A program made the translations under genes and the position numbers. Positions 37,801 through 48,199 of a stretch of 64,000 nt of DNA are shown piece after piece; the first letter of the stretch is position 1; each line of letters starts with the position of its first letter. The stretch is from assembly GCA_944372585.1 (NCBI GenBank), contig CALVZQ010000003.1:26754-90753 (forward strand), in the 5' to 3' direction. This DNA is from an uncultured Clostridia bacterium (lineage in GTDB: Bacteria > Bacillota > Clostridia > Christensenellales > UBA1242). A model generated the notes under the pieces. The model saw only the letters and a program-made list of their open reading frames with translations, searched no databases and was not told the DNA's origin.

Positions 37801-37951
37801 AACTTTTCAAATAAAATGCTCAAAAAATAAGAATGGCATTTTGTTGCATAACACAATATATAGTTGAATAATTCGTGCATATTACTCAAAATATAGCCTA
37901 TCTATTCGTAAAACTTATGTTTTGCGAATAGATATAAATCGGTATTATACA
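37786..37951. repeat. intergenic motif cluster 7 (strand-switch gap)
   Basis: GGTATTATGCA (37786-37796, part of the dif-like site), inverted TTGCATAACACAATATATAGTTG (37844-37866), inverted TGCATATTAC (37876-37885), and GGTATTATACA (37941-37951). Confidence 0.6.
37885..37934 (-). terminator. hairpin downstream of the 206-aa gene (minus strand)
   Basis: Perfect 10-bp inverted repeat TATCTATTCG / CGAATAGATA (37899-37934) with a 16-nt loop; weak T-tract on the minus strand. Confidence 0.4.
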
Positions 37952-37988
37952 ATAAAATTTGCGAAATTTGGGTAATCCCCAGTCAAAT

Positions 37989-38609
37989 TTATGGTCTAAT
38001 TTCATCAATTATTTCAACAACCTCTGCATTGCCAACAAATAGAATTTCTTTTGTTTTTTCATTTGATGTTTGTGACTGTGACCAATATTCAACAGCTCTA
38101 TTTTTGTAATCGTTGAATGAGAGCCCCTCTCTTCCTATGCCAACTTCTTTTGCAAAAAATATCTCTCCTGTCACCTTCACAGCAATTGCTTGATAGAAGT
38201 CCCCTGGATTTCTCACTGCAAAATTTTTTGATTGTGATAATGTGTACTTCTTATATTTGTCAAAGGTTTCCATCATATCTTCTTTGTGTTCTGAAAGATA
38301 CATACAGAAGAAGCGAGAAGGTAAATCTGGGAATTTTTCTTTTCTGACATCTTCAAGAGCAATTTCTCTCATAAATAAATCATAGTTTGCAAGAGCCTTT
38401 GCCATTTCAAAAGTTAGATTTTTGTCTCTAAACATTCGTTTTTTCAAATCTTTGAAAGCAAGTTCATGTAAAGGTTTCCCATCTATATTAAATGAAAAAT
38501 TAAAAATCCTGGATTGTCCATTAATTTCATTTCCAAAATAAAGTTTGTCGCCCACTTTAAAATTTCTGTTGGTCGCAATCTGATAAAAAATTTGATCTTT
38601 GACTTTCAT
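37989..38609 (-). CDS. hypothetical protein, no family confidently recognised
   Basis: 206-aa ORF with RBS GAGGAAAA, the last gene of the minus-strand block. I cannot verify any DUF assignment. Confidence 0.6.
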   Translation of the reverse strand: MKVKDQIFYQIATNRNFKVGDKLYFGNEINGQSRIFNFSFNIDGKPLHELAFKDLKKRMFRDKNLTFEMAKALANYDLFMREIALEDVRKEKFPDLPSRFFCMYLSEHKEDMMETFDKYKKYTLSQSKNFAVRNPGDFYQAIAVKVTGEIFFAKEVGIGREGLSFNDYKNRAVEYWSQSQTSNEKTKEILFVGNAEVVEIIDEIRP

Positions 38610-38629
38610 TTTTTCCTCGCAATAAGAAT

Positions 38630-39766
<1,137 letters not shown>

Positions 39767-39788
39767 TTAACCTTTTAAATTAATCTTT

Positions 39789-40025
39789 TTATTTTTTCTT
39801 GTCGTATATCTTTGTGAACCTTGTATAAGATTTTCCGTCTTTTTCAACAATATCATTCCACATTGAAACTGGTCTACACCAAACTTGTCCCTCTCCATAC
39901 AGAGCTTTATAGACCACCATATCTTCCAGCGTTTCACTATTTTTTGCAACAGTCAAAACTTCGTATAAATTCCCCTTGAAATGTCTATAAGTTGCTCCAA
40001 TTTCAATAATATCATTCTTTTCCAT
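39789..40025 (-). CDS. DUF1653 family protein
   Basis: YRHFKGNLYEVLTVAKNSETLEDMVVYKALYGEGQVWCRP is the DUF1653 signature. Start set at ATG 40025 behind GGAG. Confidence 0.75.
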   Translation of the reverse strand: MEKNDIIEIGATYRHFKGNLYEVLTVAKNSETLEDMVVYKALYGEGQVWCRPVSMWNDIVEKDGKSYTRFTKIYDKKK

Positions 40026-40068
40026 ATGCTCTATTCTCCGTGGAAATATGTTTTGTTTATTTATAGAT

Positions 40069-40770
40069 TTATTCTTCAGATATTTTGCATGTAAACTCAT
40101 CAATATACATTTCAATAAAATCTTTCATCAATTTAGTTTTCTTCTTTGCAATTTTTTTTGCAGTTTTTGTGTTCATAAATTTTCCCAATCGCAAAAGTTT
40201 GTTGTTGATATGATGAATTGATGAAGCATCGACATCTTCTTCTCTATATTTGTTTTGATATAATGGGACAGTTGGATCATAATCTATAACATTGTGAGCA
40301 ATTCCATATTTAAAACATCTTATAACTCCCATCGCGCCAATGGCATCAAGATTGTCTGCGTCTTGAAGGATTTTGCTTTCAATATCTGTAACCTTCACAC
40401 CATCACTAAAAGAATATTCTTCGTGATGTTCAATTGAATACAAAATGTGTTGTTTTTGATCAAATGTAATGTCAAGTTCTTCCAAAAATTTTTCAACTAC
40501 AGGAAGGCTTTCCTTTGGCGAAACAAATCTATTTTGTTCGTTGCTCATAATTCTATGTATGTCATGAATAAATGCAGAAATCCCGACCACAACAACATCT
40601 CCTCCCTCCTTTGATTGGAGATATAATGCAAAATTCAGTGTTCGCTCAAGATGGTCAATACTATGACCACTTGCATCTTTTTTGAAATAGTCCTGAATTT
40701 TTCCTCTCAATTTGTCAATGTAAACTTTTACATCGACATTTTTATTTTCATGCTTTTTGCTGATTTCCAT
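40069..40770 (-). CDS. HD-domain phosphohydrolase
   Basis: H...HLERT and ISAFIHDIHR (the HD pair), with a downstream DADNLDAIG motif. Confidence 0.8.
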   Translation of the reverse strand: MEISKKHENKNVDVKVYIDKLRGKIQDYFKKDASGHSIDHLERTLNFALYLQSKEGGDVVVVGISAFIHDIHRIMSNEQNRFVSPKESLPVVEKFLEELDITFDQKQHILYSIEHHEEYSFSDGVKVTDIESKILQDADNLDAIGAMGVIRCFKYGIAHNVIDYDPTVPLYQNKYREEDVDASSIHHINNKLLRLGKFMNTKTAKKIAKKKTKLMKDFIEMYIDEFTCKISEE

Positions 40771-40811
40771 ACTTTCTCCTATTTCGTACGAATTGAAATT
40801 ATTTTGTTTTT

Positions 40812-41855
40812 TTATTCAATAAACATGGCATCGCCAAAACTAAAAAATCTATATTTCTCTCTGACAGCAAGTTTATATAAATCGAGGGTCTTATCAATAT
40901 CGCCAACAAATGCCGAAACCAACATGATTAAAGTGCTTTCTGGCAAGTGAAAATTGGTGATAAGTGCATCAACCATTTTAAATTTGTAAGGTGGATAGAT
41001 AAAAATTTTTGTCTCTCTTTTTTGGGCTTGCAATTTCCCACTTTCATCAACACCACTTTCAAGAACTCTGACCGATGTTGTGCCGACTGCTATAATTCTT
41101 CTTCCCTCGCTTTTTGCCTTATTAATTTTATCTGCAACATCTTGGGAGATTTCAAAATATTCGCTATGCATTTCATGGTCTTCAATATTATCTTCTTTGA
41201 CAGGTCTGAAAGTTCCAAGTCCAACATGCAAAAGCACTTCCAAAATCTCCACGCCTTTCTCTTTAATTTTTCTTAGAAGTTCTGGAGTGAAATGAAGCCC
41301 AGCAGTTGGAGCCGCACTCGAACCATCAACTTTTGCATAAACCGTTTGATAACGATTTTGGTTTTTCAGTTTTTCTTTAATGTATGGTGGAAGTGGCATT
41401 GTGCCGATTTCCATCAAATGTTCTTCAAAAGTTTTGTCGTCTGCATAATCAAACTTAACTTTGCAAGAGCCATAGTCACCTTTTTCAGTCACCGTGCATT
41501 TGATGTTTTCATTAAAAACAATTTCTGTTCCAACGTTCAATCTCTTTTGAGGTTTTGCGATAACTTCCCAGTTTTTCAAATCAATTCTTTTTTGCAACAA
41601 AACTTCGATTTTTGCTCCCGTTTCAGCTTTGTAACCAAACAATCTTGCAGGAAGAACTTTGCTGTTGTTTACAACCAAAACATCGCCAGGTTTTAAGAAA
41701 TCAATCACATCATAAAAGTGTTTATGTTCAATTTTGTTAGCTTTTCGATTGTAACAAAGAAGCCTTGAGTGATCTCTTGGCTCAATTGGTGTTTGAGCAA
41801 TTTGCTCTTCTGGAAGTTCATAGAAATATGTGCTTTTTAAAAGTTCTCTTCGCAT
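40812..41855 (-). CDS. queA: S-adenosylmethionine:tRNA ribosyltransferase-isomerase
   Basis: YELPEEQIAQTPIEPRDHSRLL, LPPYIK, AAPTAGLHFT and FFSFGDAMFI. Start set at ATG 41855, 1 nt after the ruvB stop. Confidence 0.93.
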   Translation of the reverse strand: MRRELLKSTYFYELPEEQIAQTPIEPRDHSRLLCYNRKANKIEHKHFYDVIDFLKPGDVLVVNNSKVLPARLFGYKAETGAKIEVLLQKRIDLKNWEVIAKPQKRLNVGTEIVFNENIKCTVTEKGDYGSCKVKFDYADDKTFEEHLMEIGTMPLPPYIKEKLKNQNRYQTVYAKVDGSSAAPTAGLHFTPELLRKIKEKGVEILEVLLHVGLGTFRPVKEDNIEDHEMHSEYFEISQDVADKINKAKSEGRRIIAVGTTSVRVLESGVDESGKLQAQKRETKIFIYPPYKFKMVDALITNFHLPESTLIMLVSAFVGDIDKTLDLYKLAVREKYRFFSFGDAMFIE

Positions 41856-41856
41856 C

Positions 41857-42867
41857 TTAATGTCCTTTATTTTCTGGGTAGTCCACTCCCAAATGATGAT
41901 ATGCATTTTCAAGCGCAACCCTTCCCCTTGGAGTTCTTGCAATGAAACCAAGTTGAAGAAGATAAGGTTCATAAACATCTTCAATTGTGCTTGAATCTTC
42001 ACTTATTGTGGCAGACAGAGTGTCAAGACCAACTGGACCACCACCAAATTTGTAGATTATGCTTTCCAAAATCTTTCTATCAATGAAATCAAGTCCCAAT
42101 TCATCAATTTCCATTTTCGCAAGAGCTTGGTCGGCAATTTCTTTTGTGATTCTTCCCGTTCCCAAAACTTCGGCATAATCTCTAACTCTTTTAAGAAGTC
42201 TATTTGCAATACGCGGCGTGCCCCTGGAACGTTTTGCAATGTCAAGACTGGCTTGTTCGTCTATGTCAATATTCAAAATCTTGGCAGAACGTTTGATAAT
42301 AACTTGAAGTTCTTCGTTTTCATAAAGTTCCAAACGGCAAATAACACCAAATCTGTCACGCAATGGACTTGTGAGCATACCCGCCTTTGTTGTTGCTCCA
42401 ATCAATGTGAATGGTTGAATTTTAAGCCTCATATTTTTTGCAGATGGACCTTTTCCAACAATGAAATCCAAAGCAAAATCTTCCATAGCAGGATATAAGA
42501 TTTCTTCAACACTTTTGTTCAATCTGTGAATTTCGTCAATAAACAAAACATCATTTTTGCCCAAATTGGTCAAAATTGCCGCAAGGTCCGCTGCATGCTC
42601 GATGGCAGGTCCTGAAGTGATTTTGAATTGTGAACCAAGTTCGTTTGCGATGATATGTGCAAGTGTTGTTTTTCCAAGTCCTGGTGGCCCGTACAAAAGA
42701 ACATGGTCCAAAGCATCTTTTCTTGATTTTGCAGCTTTAATATAAATTTCAAGACTTTGCTTGACCTTCTCTTGTCCAACATATTCAGAAAGTTTTGTTG
42801 GTCTGAGAGAGTTTTCAATTTCTGCATCAGTCCAATTTTTTGTGCTTGTTATATATCTATCTTCCAT
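41857..42867 (-). CDS. ruvB: Holliday junction branch migration helicase RuvB
   Basis: [16 protein letters not shown], Walker [21 protein letters not shown] and [11 protein letters not shown]. Confidence 0.97.
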   Translation of the reverse strand: MEDRYITSTKNWTDAEIENSLRPTKLSEYVGQEKVKQSLEIYIKAAKSRKDALDHVLLYGPPGLGKTTLAHIIANELGSQFKITSGPAIEHAADLAAILTNLGKNDVLFIDEIHRLNKSVEEILYPAMEDFALDFIVGKGPSAKNMRLKIQPFTLIGATTKAGMLTSPLRDRFGVICRLELYENEELQVIIKRSAKILNIDIDEQASLDIAKRSRGTPRIANRLLKRVRDYAEVLGTGRITKEIADQALAKMEIDELGLDFIDRKILESIIYKFGGGPVGLDTLSATISEDSSTIEDVYEPYLLQLGFIARTPRGRVALENAYHHLGVDYPENKGH

Positions 42868-42885
42868 ATTTCACATTTCCTTTTT

Positions 42886-42928
42886 GTTGTGTATTATTCA
42901 ACACAATCAATTGCATAACACACAATAT
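42886..42928. repeat. intergenic motif cluster 8 (ruvA-ruvB gap)
   Basis: GTTGTGTATTATTCAA (42886-42901) and inverted TTGCATAACACACAATAT (42911-42928). Confidence 0.5.
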
Positions 42929-42944
42929 CCTGTGTTTTTATTGA

Positions 42945-43544
42945 TTATCTACCAAGTTCTCTGAGAACTTTCAAAATGATTTCTTCTGCAGTTGTGTCAG
43001 CAGTTGCCTTGCTTCTTGCAAGCCTGTATGCTTCATTTTTGTTCACACCCAAATTGATTAAAGTGTCAACAGCATCATTCAGTGCATTTTCATTATAAGA
43101 TGTATCAGGCAAATCTGTTTCTTGAAGATTGAATGAAGTTGTTGAAATCTTATCTTTAAGTTCCAAGCAAATTCTTTCGGCAGTTTTCTTTCCTAGTCCC
43201 TTTATTTTTGAAAGAAGAGTGGAATCTCCGCTCACAATTGCAACAACCAAATCTGAAAGTTTCATGCCGGACAAAATTGTGATTGCCATCTTAGGTCCAA
43301 CTCCGGAAACCGTGATAAGTCGCAAAAACATCGCCTTTTCTTCTTCTGTTGCAAAACCATATAGACAAACCCCAGTGTTTTCGCTCACTTGCAGATATGT
43401 CAAAACTTTGGTCGTCTCTCCTTCCATAGGCAAACTTACAAGAGTATTGTTTGAAATTGTCAATTCATATCCAACACCATTGACATCTATAATCAACAGA
43501 TTTTCTCTTTTTTCTTCAATTGTTCCAACAAGAAATGAAATCAT
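42945..43544 (-). CDS. ruvA: Holliday junction DNA-binding protein RuvA
   Basis: MISFLVGTIEEK....IDVNGVGYEL, HhH motifs (VSGVGPKMA, GLGKKTAERI) and a C-terminal domain III. Confidence 0.93.
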   Translation of the reverse strand: MISFLVGTIEEKRENLLIIDVNGVGYELTISNNTLVSLPMEGETTKVLTYLQVSENTGVCLYGFATEEEKAMFLRLITVSGVGPKMAITILSGMKLSDLVVAIVSGDSTLLSKIKGLGKKTAERICLELKDKISTTSFNLQETDLPDTSYNENALNDAVDTLINLGVNKNEAYRLARSKATADTTAEEIILKVLRELGR

Positions 43545-43557
43545 ATTTTCTCCTTAA

Positions 43558-44049
43558 TTATTGCATCATATTAACATTCAAGCGAGGGTTGATTTGACTG
43601 TGACATAGTGCAACAGCCAAAGCATCTGCCGCGTCATCTGGTTTTGGAATTGAAGCAAGCCCCAAGACATTCTTTACCATAAATTGCATCTGATGTTTGT
43701 CCGCCCTTCCATTGCCAGTAAGAGCCTGTTTGATTTGAATTGGCGTATATTCAAATGTCCTTCCACAATACTTTTGACTTGCAAGCACAATAACTCCCCT
43801 TGCTTGAGCCACTTGAATGACAGTTTTTTGATTTTTGAAATAGAACAATTCTTCAATCGCAACTTCATCTGGTTTATAGGTTTCAAAAAGAACTCTCAAA
43901 GACTCGTCAATTCGCTGAAGACGAACTGGAAAAGTTTCTTCTTTTGGGGTTTCAATCACACCATAATCCACCACAGCATTATCTCTGTCTGTGTCAATAA
44001 TTCCGTAACCAACAATCCCATAGCCCGGGTCAATTCCTAAAATTCTCAT
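43558..44049 (-). CDS. ruvC: crossover junction endodeoxyribonuclease RuvC
   Basis: MRILGIDPGYGIVGYG, VAIEELFYFKN and DAADALAVALCH. Confidence 0.93.
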   Translation of the reverse strand: MRILGIDPGYGIVGYGIIDTDRDNAVVDYGVIETPKEETFPVRLQRIDESLRVLFETYKPDEVAIEELFYFKNQKTVIQVAQARGVIVLASQKYCGRTFEYTPIQIKQALTGNGRADKHQMQFMVKNVLGLASIPKPDDAADALAVALCHSQINPRLNVNMMQ

Positions 44050-44055
44050 AAATTA

Positions 44056-44084
44056 ATTCTAATAAAAAACGCTTATTTTGTCAA
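44056..44084 (-). promoter_or_regulatory. sigma-A type promoter abutting the ruvC start (leaderless architecture)
   Basis: On the minus strand: TTGACA (44084-44079), 17-nt spacer, TAGAAT (44061-44056), then TAATTT and ATG (44049). No SD. Confidence 0.55.
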
Positions 44085-44132
44085 ATGAAAAAGCATACTA
44101 AATCAAAGCCAGGACATAAAAGAAAAAGCAGG

Positions 44133-44558
44133 TCACCCCTGCTTATTGTCACTTTGGTTATCATTTTGTTCTATTATGATTTCATTGGTGTTTTTTGTAT
44201 TCTGTTCTTGCAATTTTCTATATCTGCGCTCCAATGCCTTTTTCTTCTTTAATTCCCTCTCTCTCTTTTTGGTTATGGCATACAAAATGATTTGTATCAA
44301 CAAAAACACCCCTCCAGCAATTGTCAAGCCAAGTCCACAATAATGTGTTGTTTGATTTTCAGCAGTTGCCAAAAACACTGCACCAAAACAAATTGAGAGC
44401 AAAATCAAAACCGAAACAAATATCGTTATTGCATTAAGAAGATGCATTTGCCATTTCTTCAGTTTTTTGTCCAGAACTAATGATAAAGCAAAATTTAGGT
44501 AAAGATTTCCAAAAATTTCGGCAAATATTTCAAAAAGAAAAACGAAATCCATAAACAA
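44133..44558 (-). CDS. hypothetical membrane protein
   Basis: 141 aa with three or four TM helices and a basic/acidic C-terminal tail. A hairpin plus T-run overlaps its stop. Confidence 0.55.
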   Translation of the reverse strand: MFMDFVFLFEIFAEIFGNLYLNFALSLVLDKKLKKWQMHLLNAITIFVSVLILLSICFGAVFLATAENQTTHYCGLGLTIAGGVFLLIQIILYAITKKRERELKKKKALERRYRKLQEQNTKNTNEIIIEQNDNQSDNKQG

Positions 44559-44576
44559 AAATCCCTTTCCACAAAT

Positions 44577-45371
44577 TTACAGTTCAAGAGTGTCAAGATC
44601 TTTAGGAATGATGATGTTTCCATTATAAACTTCTCTTGCTTCTTTCTCATATTCCTTTTTTATTTTATTATGGTTATCTTGACTGTGCCACAAAATTAAA
44701 TTTTCTGCTTGAAGTGTTTCTGCCACCATTGAAGCCTCTTTAACTGTTTTGTGTTTCTTTAAAGGAAGTTCTTTTCCAGCTCTTTCTCTCTCAAGACAAA
44801 AAGCTTCCAGACATAACCATTTTGAATTTTTAAATTTATCATAATACTTAGGGTCCAAAGGGACATCTCCACAGAAATAAAATCCCTTTTCTTTCACATA
44901 AAATGCCATTTGAGGCATATCTGTTGCACAGGTGTCAAAGAATATGAAATCAAGCCCCATTAAATTTAAAATTTCTCCATCTCTCACTTCCTTGAAATGA
45001 ATAAGATTGTCAAAATATTGTCCACAAGTTTTTTCACCCATTGTGACAAGCATAAGCATTCTTACTGCATCAATGCATTGTTTCATTCCATAAAGAGTGA
45101 ATGGTTTTGTTCTGGTTCCATTCATAAAACCAACCAAAACATATCTCAAAATCCAAGCAAAACCCAACATATGGTCAGCATGGTTATGAGAAACAAAAGC
45201 ATATTCAATATCATTCAAATTTAAATTTTGCAAACTTAGTTGCTTTGAGATTCTGTTTCCATTTCCAGCATCAACAAGTAAAAATTCTCCTCCATCATTT
45301 TCCATAACAAAGCAAGTATTATAGTCATCAAGAACATCTGCATGTCCTGTGCCCAATACATGAATTTTCAT
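44577..45371 (-). CDS. MBL-fold metallo-hydrolase
   Basis: HNHADH motif in FVSHNHADHMLGF; 264 aa. Confidence 0.8.
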   Translation of the reverse strand: MKIHVLGTGHADVLDDYNTCFVMENDGGEFLLVDAGNGNRISKQLSLQNLNLNDIEYAFVSHNHADHMLGFAWILRYVLVGFMNGTRTKPFTLYGMKQCIDAVRMLMLVTMGEKTCGQYFDNLIHFKEVRDGEILNLMGLDFIFFDTCATDMPQMAFYVKEKGFYFCGDVPLDPKYYDKFKNSKWLCLEAFCLERERAGKELPLKKHKTVKEASMVAETLQAENLILWHSQDNHNKIKKEYEKEAREVYNGNIIIPKDLDTLEL

Positions 45372-45398
45372 AGAGATCTCCTTTATGCGAAAACTTTG

Positions 45399-46127
45399 TT
45401 ATTCTTCTTCAGAAAGGTTTACGTTGTGATATACTTCTTGAACATCGTCCAAATCTTCAAGAGCGTCAATCATTCTTTGGAACTTTGCTTCTTGATCTGC
45501 ACTCAAGTCAACATACATATCTGGAACAAGTGCAGTTTCTGATGAAACGACATTGTAGCCCTTCTTTTCAAGAGCATCACGCATTTTTCCATCTTCGTTA
45601 GGTTCTGTTATGATTTCCACAGCTTCTTCATCTTCAACAACATCAACTGCACCTTCTTCGATTGCATCAAGCATAAGTGTGTCTATGTCGCTGAAATCTG
45701 TGACAACAACAATTCCTTTTCTCTTGAAAAGATAGGATACGCAATTTGTTGAGCCAAGACTTCCACCGTGTTTGTCAAAAGCGTGACGAACATCTCCAGC
45801 AGTTCTGTTTTTGTTGTCTGTTAAACATTCAACAATAACAGCAGAACCACCTACTCCGTAGCCTTCATAAGTGATTGCTTCGTAATTTACTCCAGAAAGT
45901 TCGCCTGAAGCTTTCTTGATTGATCTTTCAATGTTGTCATTTGGCATATTGTTTTGTTTAGCTTTTGCGATTATATCTTTTAATTTGCTGTTTACATTAG
46001 GGTCAGGACCGCCTGCTTTAACGCAAACTGCGATTTCTCTACCAATTTTTGTGAAAATCTTTCCTCTTGCGGCATCTGTCTTACCTTTTTTAGCTTGTAT
46101 GTTGTGCCATTTTGAATGTCCTGACAT
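45399..46127 (-). CDS. yebC: YebC/PmpR family DNA-binding regulator
   Basis: [32 protein letters not shown] is the family N-terminus. Confidence 0.92.
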   Translation of the reverse strand: MSGHSKWHNIQAKKGKTDAARGKIFTKIGREIAVCVKAGGPDPNVNSKLKDIIAKAKQNNMPNDNIERSIKKASGELSGVNYEAITYEGYGVGGSAVIVECLTDNKNRTAGDVRHAFDKHGGSLGSTNCVSYLFKRKGIVVVTDFSDIDTLMLDAIEEGAVDVVEDEEAVEIITEPNEDGKMRDALEKKGYNVVSSETALVPDMYVDLSADQEAKFQRMIDALEDLDDVQEVYHNVNLSEEE

Positions 46128-46160
46128 TTTTGTAATCTCCTTTTGTTAAATTCCTTATAT

Positions 46161-46189
46161 ATAATAATAAAAATTGACATTTCTGTCAA
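46161..46189 (-). promoter_or_regulatory. sigma-A type promoter of yebC
   Basis: On the minus strand: TTGACA (46189-46184), 17-nt spacer, TATTAT (46166-46161). The TTGACA-GAAA-TGTCAA hairpin plus T-run also fits a terminator for the upstream gene. Confidence 0.5.
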
Positions 46190-46201
46190 ATTAATCGACG
46201 A

Positions 46202-46945
46202 TTAGAAATTTTTTTTGTTTATTTCATACATAATGATTGAACCGGAAACTCCTGCATTAAGGCTTTCAATTCCCTTTTTCATTGGAATCATGACAGTCTT
46301 ATAACATAAAGCAGCAATTTCGTCACTTACACCCTGCCCCTCGTTTCCAACAACAACTCCAAGATGTTGTTTATCACTCGGATTGGTCTCGGAAAAGTCG
46401 AAAATGTTTTCTCCATTCATATCACACATAATCAATTTGAAAGAGTTTTCTTTTGCATAAGTGACAAACTCTTCTCTTGACATTTGATAGACTTTGGAAT
46501 TGAACACTGCACCGACAGAACTTCTGATAAGTTTGCTGTTTTCTCTGCGAACAGAATTTACCAAAAAGATGGTTTCAAATCCGCAGGCAAAAGCAGAACG
46601 AATGAGTGTTCCAACATTTCCTGGGTCTTGCAGTCCATCCAAAACAAGAAAGTTTGTTTTAGGCAATTCCACAACATTTTGTGTTAGGTATGCAATGCAT
46701 AATACTTTTTGTGGTGTTTTTGTGTCTGCCAGTTGTTCAATCGTTTTTTCATCAACCTTATAAACCTGACAACTTTCACACTCAAATGGAAGTTCGTCAA
46801 GGCTGGTTAAAACACATTCCGGCTTGATTGAACCACCTTCTAATGCGTCTTTGATTATTTTCACATTATCCAAAAAAAGCAAAGACTTATTTTCTCGTTT
46901 TTGCTTTTTAAGGTTCAATATGAAATTATTTGTCGCCTTCAACAT
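46202..46945 (-). CDS. TrmH/SpoU family RNA 2'-O-methyltransferase
   Basis: LDGLQDPGNVGTLIRSA, VVGNEGQGVS and IPM.....SLNAGVSGSI motifs. Start set at Met14 (46945) so it does not overlap rplT. Confidence 0.8.
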   Translation of the reverse strand: MLKATNNFILNLKKQKRENKSLLFLDNVKIIKDALEGGSIKPECVLTSLDELPFECESCQVYKVDEKTIEQLADTKTPQKVLCIAYLTQNVVELPKTNFLVLDGLQDPGNVGTLIRSAFACGFETIFLVNSVRRENSKLIRSSVGAVFNSKVYQMSREEFVTYAKENSFKLIMCDMNGENIFDFSETNPSDKQHLGVVVGNEGQGVSDEIAALCYKTVMIPMKKGIESLNAGVSGSIIMYEINKKNF

Positions 46946-46949
46946 GAAG

Positions 46950-47297
46950 TTATGCCTTCTTAGCAACTTCAACAAGGTTGGCAAAAGCTTCTGGTTCTCT
47001 TACAGCCATATCAGCAAGAACTTTTCTGTTAAGAGTCACATTTGCTTTCTTGAGTCCGTTAATGAATCTGCTGTATGAAATGTCATTCAATCTGCAAGCA
47101 GCATTGATTCTTGTGATCCAAAGAGCACGGAAATCTCTCTTCTTTTGTTTACGTCCAATATAAGCATATTGTCCGCTCTTCATAACTTGTTCTCTTGCTG
47201 TTCTGTAAAGTTTACTCTTTGCTCCAAAGTAACCTTTTGCTTGTTTTAAAATTTTTCTACGCTTCTTAACTGCGTTTACTCCTCTTTTAATTCTCAT
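46950..47297 (-). CDS. rplT: 50S ribosomal protein L20
   Basis: [25 protein letters not shown]. Confidence 0.97.
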   Translation of the reverse strand: MRIKRGVNAVKKRRKILKQAKGYFGAKSKLYRTAREQVMKSGQYAYIGRKQKKRDFRALWITRINAACRLNDISYSRFINGLKKANVTLNRKVLADMAVREPEAFANLVEVAKKA

Positions 47298-47310
47298 TTT
47301 CCCCTCCTAA

Positions 47311-47505
47311 TTACTTGCAGAGCAATGTCTTGATGTTGCTTGCATTCTTTCCAGCAATATAAGACCCTTTTCTGAGTTTTCTTTTACGATTTTTGTTTTT
47401 GTTTGTCAAGAAGTGACCTTTGTTTGGTCTTGCATACTTAACTTTTCCTGTTGCAGTGAGTGAAAATCTTTTCTTTGCACCACTGTGTGTTTTCATTTTA
47501 GGCAT
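47311..47505 (-). CDS. rpmI: 50S ribosomal protein L35
   Basis: MPKMKTHSGAKKRF; 64 aa. Confidence 0.97.
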   Translation of the reverse strand: MPKMKTHSGAKKRFSLTATGKVKYARPNKGHFLTNKNKNRKRKLRKGSYIAGKNASNIKTLLCK

Positions 47506-47525
47506 TTTCCTTTTCTCCTTTTATT

Positions 47526-48038
47526 TTAGCTTTTTTTAGGGTTGATTACGACAAAGACATTTCTGCCCATAATTGCAGGCTCTTTGTCAATTGAACCATA
47601 TTCTGACAAATCTTGGACAAACTTCTTCACAATCTCAACGGCATTTTGTGAATACGCTTGTTCTCTTCCTCTCATGCGCAATGACACTTTGACTTTGTCC
47701 CCGTCTTGCAAGATCTTTTGAGCATTTTTAAGTTTGAAGCTGATGTGATATTCATCAATTCTCATTGAAAGTTGAATTTCTTTAACTTCACTTATTTTTT
47801 GATTTTTGCGAATTTCCTTTTCTTTCTTGACTGTGTCAAACTTATATTTGCCATAGTCCATAAGTTTGCAAACTGGTGGATTTGCGTTTGGTGACATAAG
47901 CACCAAATCCAACCCTTGCTTGTCAGCAATGTTTTGTGCTTCTGATTTTGAGAGAACTCCAAGTTGCTCTCCTTCTTCTCCAATCAATCTAACTTCCTTT
48001 GAAGTGATTTGATCATTGATCAATAATTCCTTAAAAAT
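47526..48038 (-). CDS. infC: translation initiation factor IF-3, probable AUU start
   Basis: LINDQITSKEVRLIGEEGEQLGV and a conserved C-domain. No ATG/GTG/TTG lies behind the only SD (AAAGGAG, 48054-48048); ATT at 48038 follows it by 9 nt. The 5' part of the track ORF is a terminator hairpin. Confidence 0.85.
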   Translation of the reverse strand: MFKELLINDQITSKEVRLIGEEGEQLGVLSKSEAQNIADKQGLDLVLMSPNANPPVCKLMDYGKYKFDTVKKEKEIRKNQKISEVKEIQLSMRIDEYHISFKLKNAQKILQDGDKVKVSLRMRGREQAYSQNAVEIVKKFVQDLSEYGSIDKEPAIMGRNVFVVINPKKS

Positions 48039-48044
48039 TGTCGT

Positions 48045-48199
48045 AATCTCCTTTTTAATAAAAAATTTGGTAGGACGCAAAGTTCTACCAAAAATCACAC
48101 AAATCAAAAATTATCATCAATAAAGATATTCAAATTTTTGACCACATCAAAACGAAATTCGATGGGTGAGAAGGAGAACTTCTGCTTTCTTACTGCAAT
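48045..48199 (-). promoter_or_regulatory. infC leader with intrinsic attenuator, candidate L20 leader
   Basis: About 150-nt 5' UTR between the promoter and the infC SD. It ends in the hairpin TTTGGTAGAAC-TTTGC-GTCCTACCAAA plus TTTTTT, in the same position as the B. subtilis L20-responsive attenuator. Confidence 0.5.

Noticed and set aside
37834-37848. Sigma-54 -24/-12 look-alike TGGCATTTTGTTGCA
   Set aside because: The GG to GC spacing is one nucleotide too short for the strict sigma-54 geometry. No gene lies downstream on that strand and no enhancer-binding protein is nearby.
48039-48107. Track start of infC at 48107
   Set aside because: It translates through the leader terminator hairpin and T-run, and the SD lies downstream of it.
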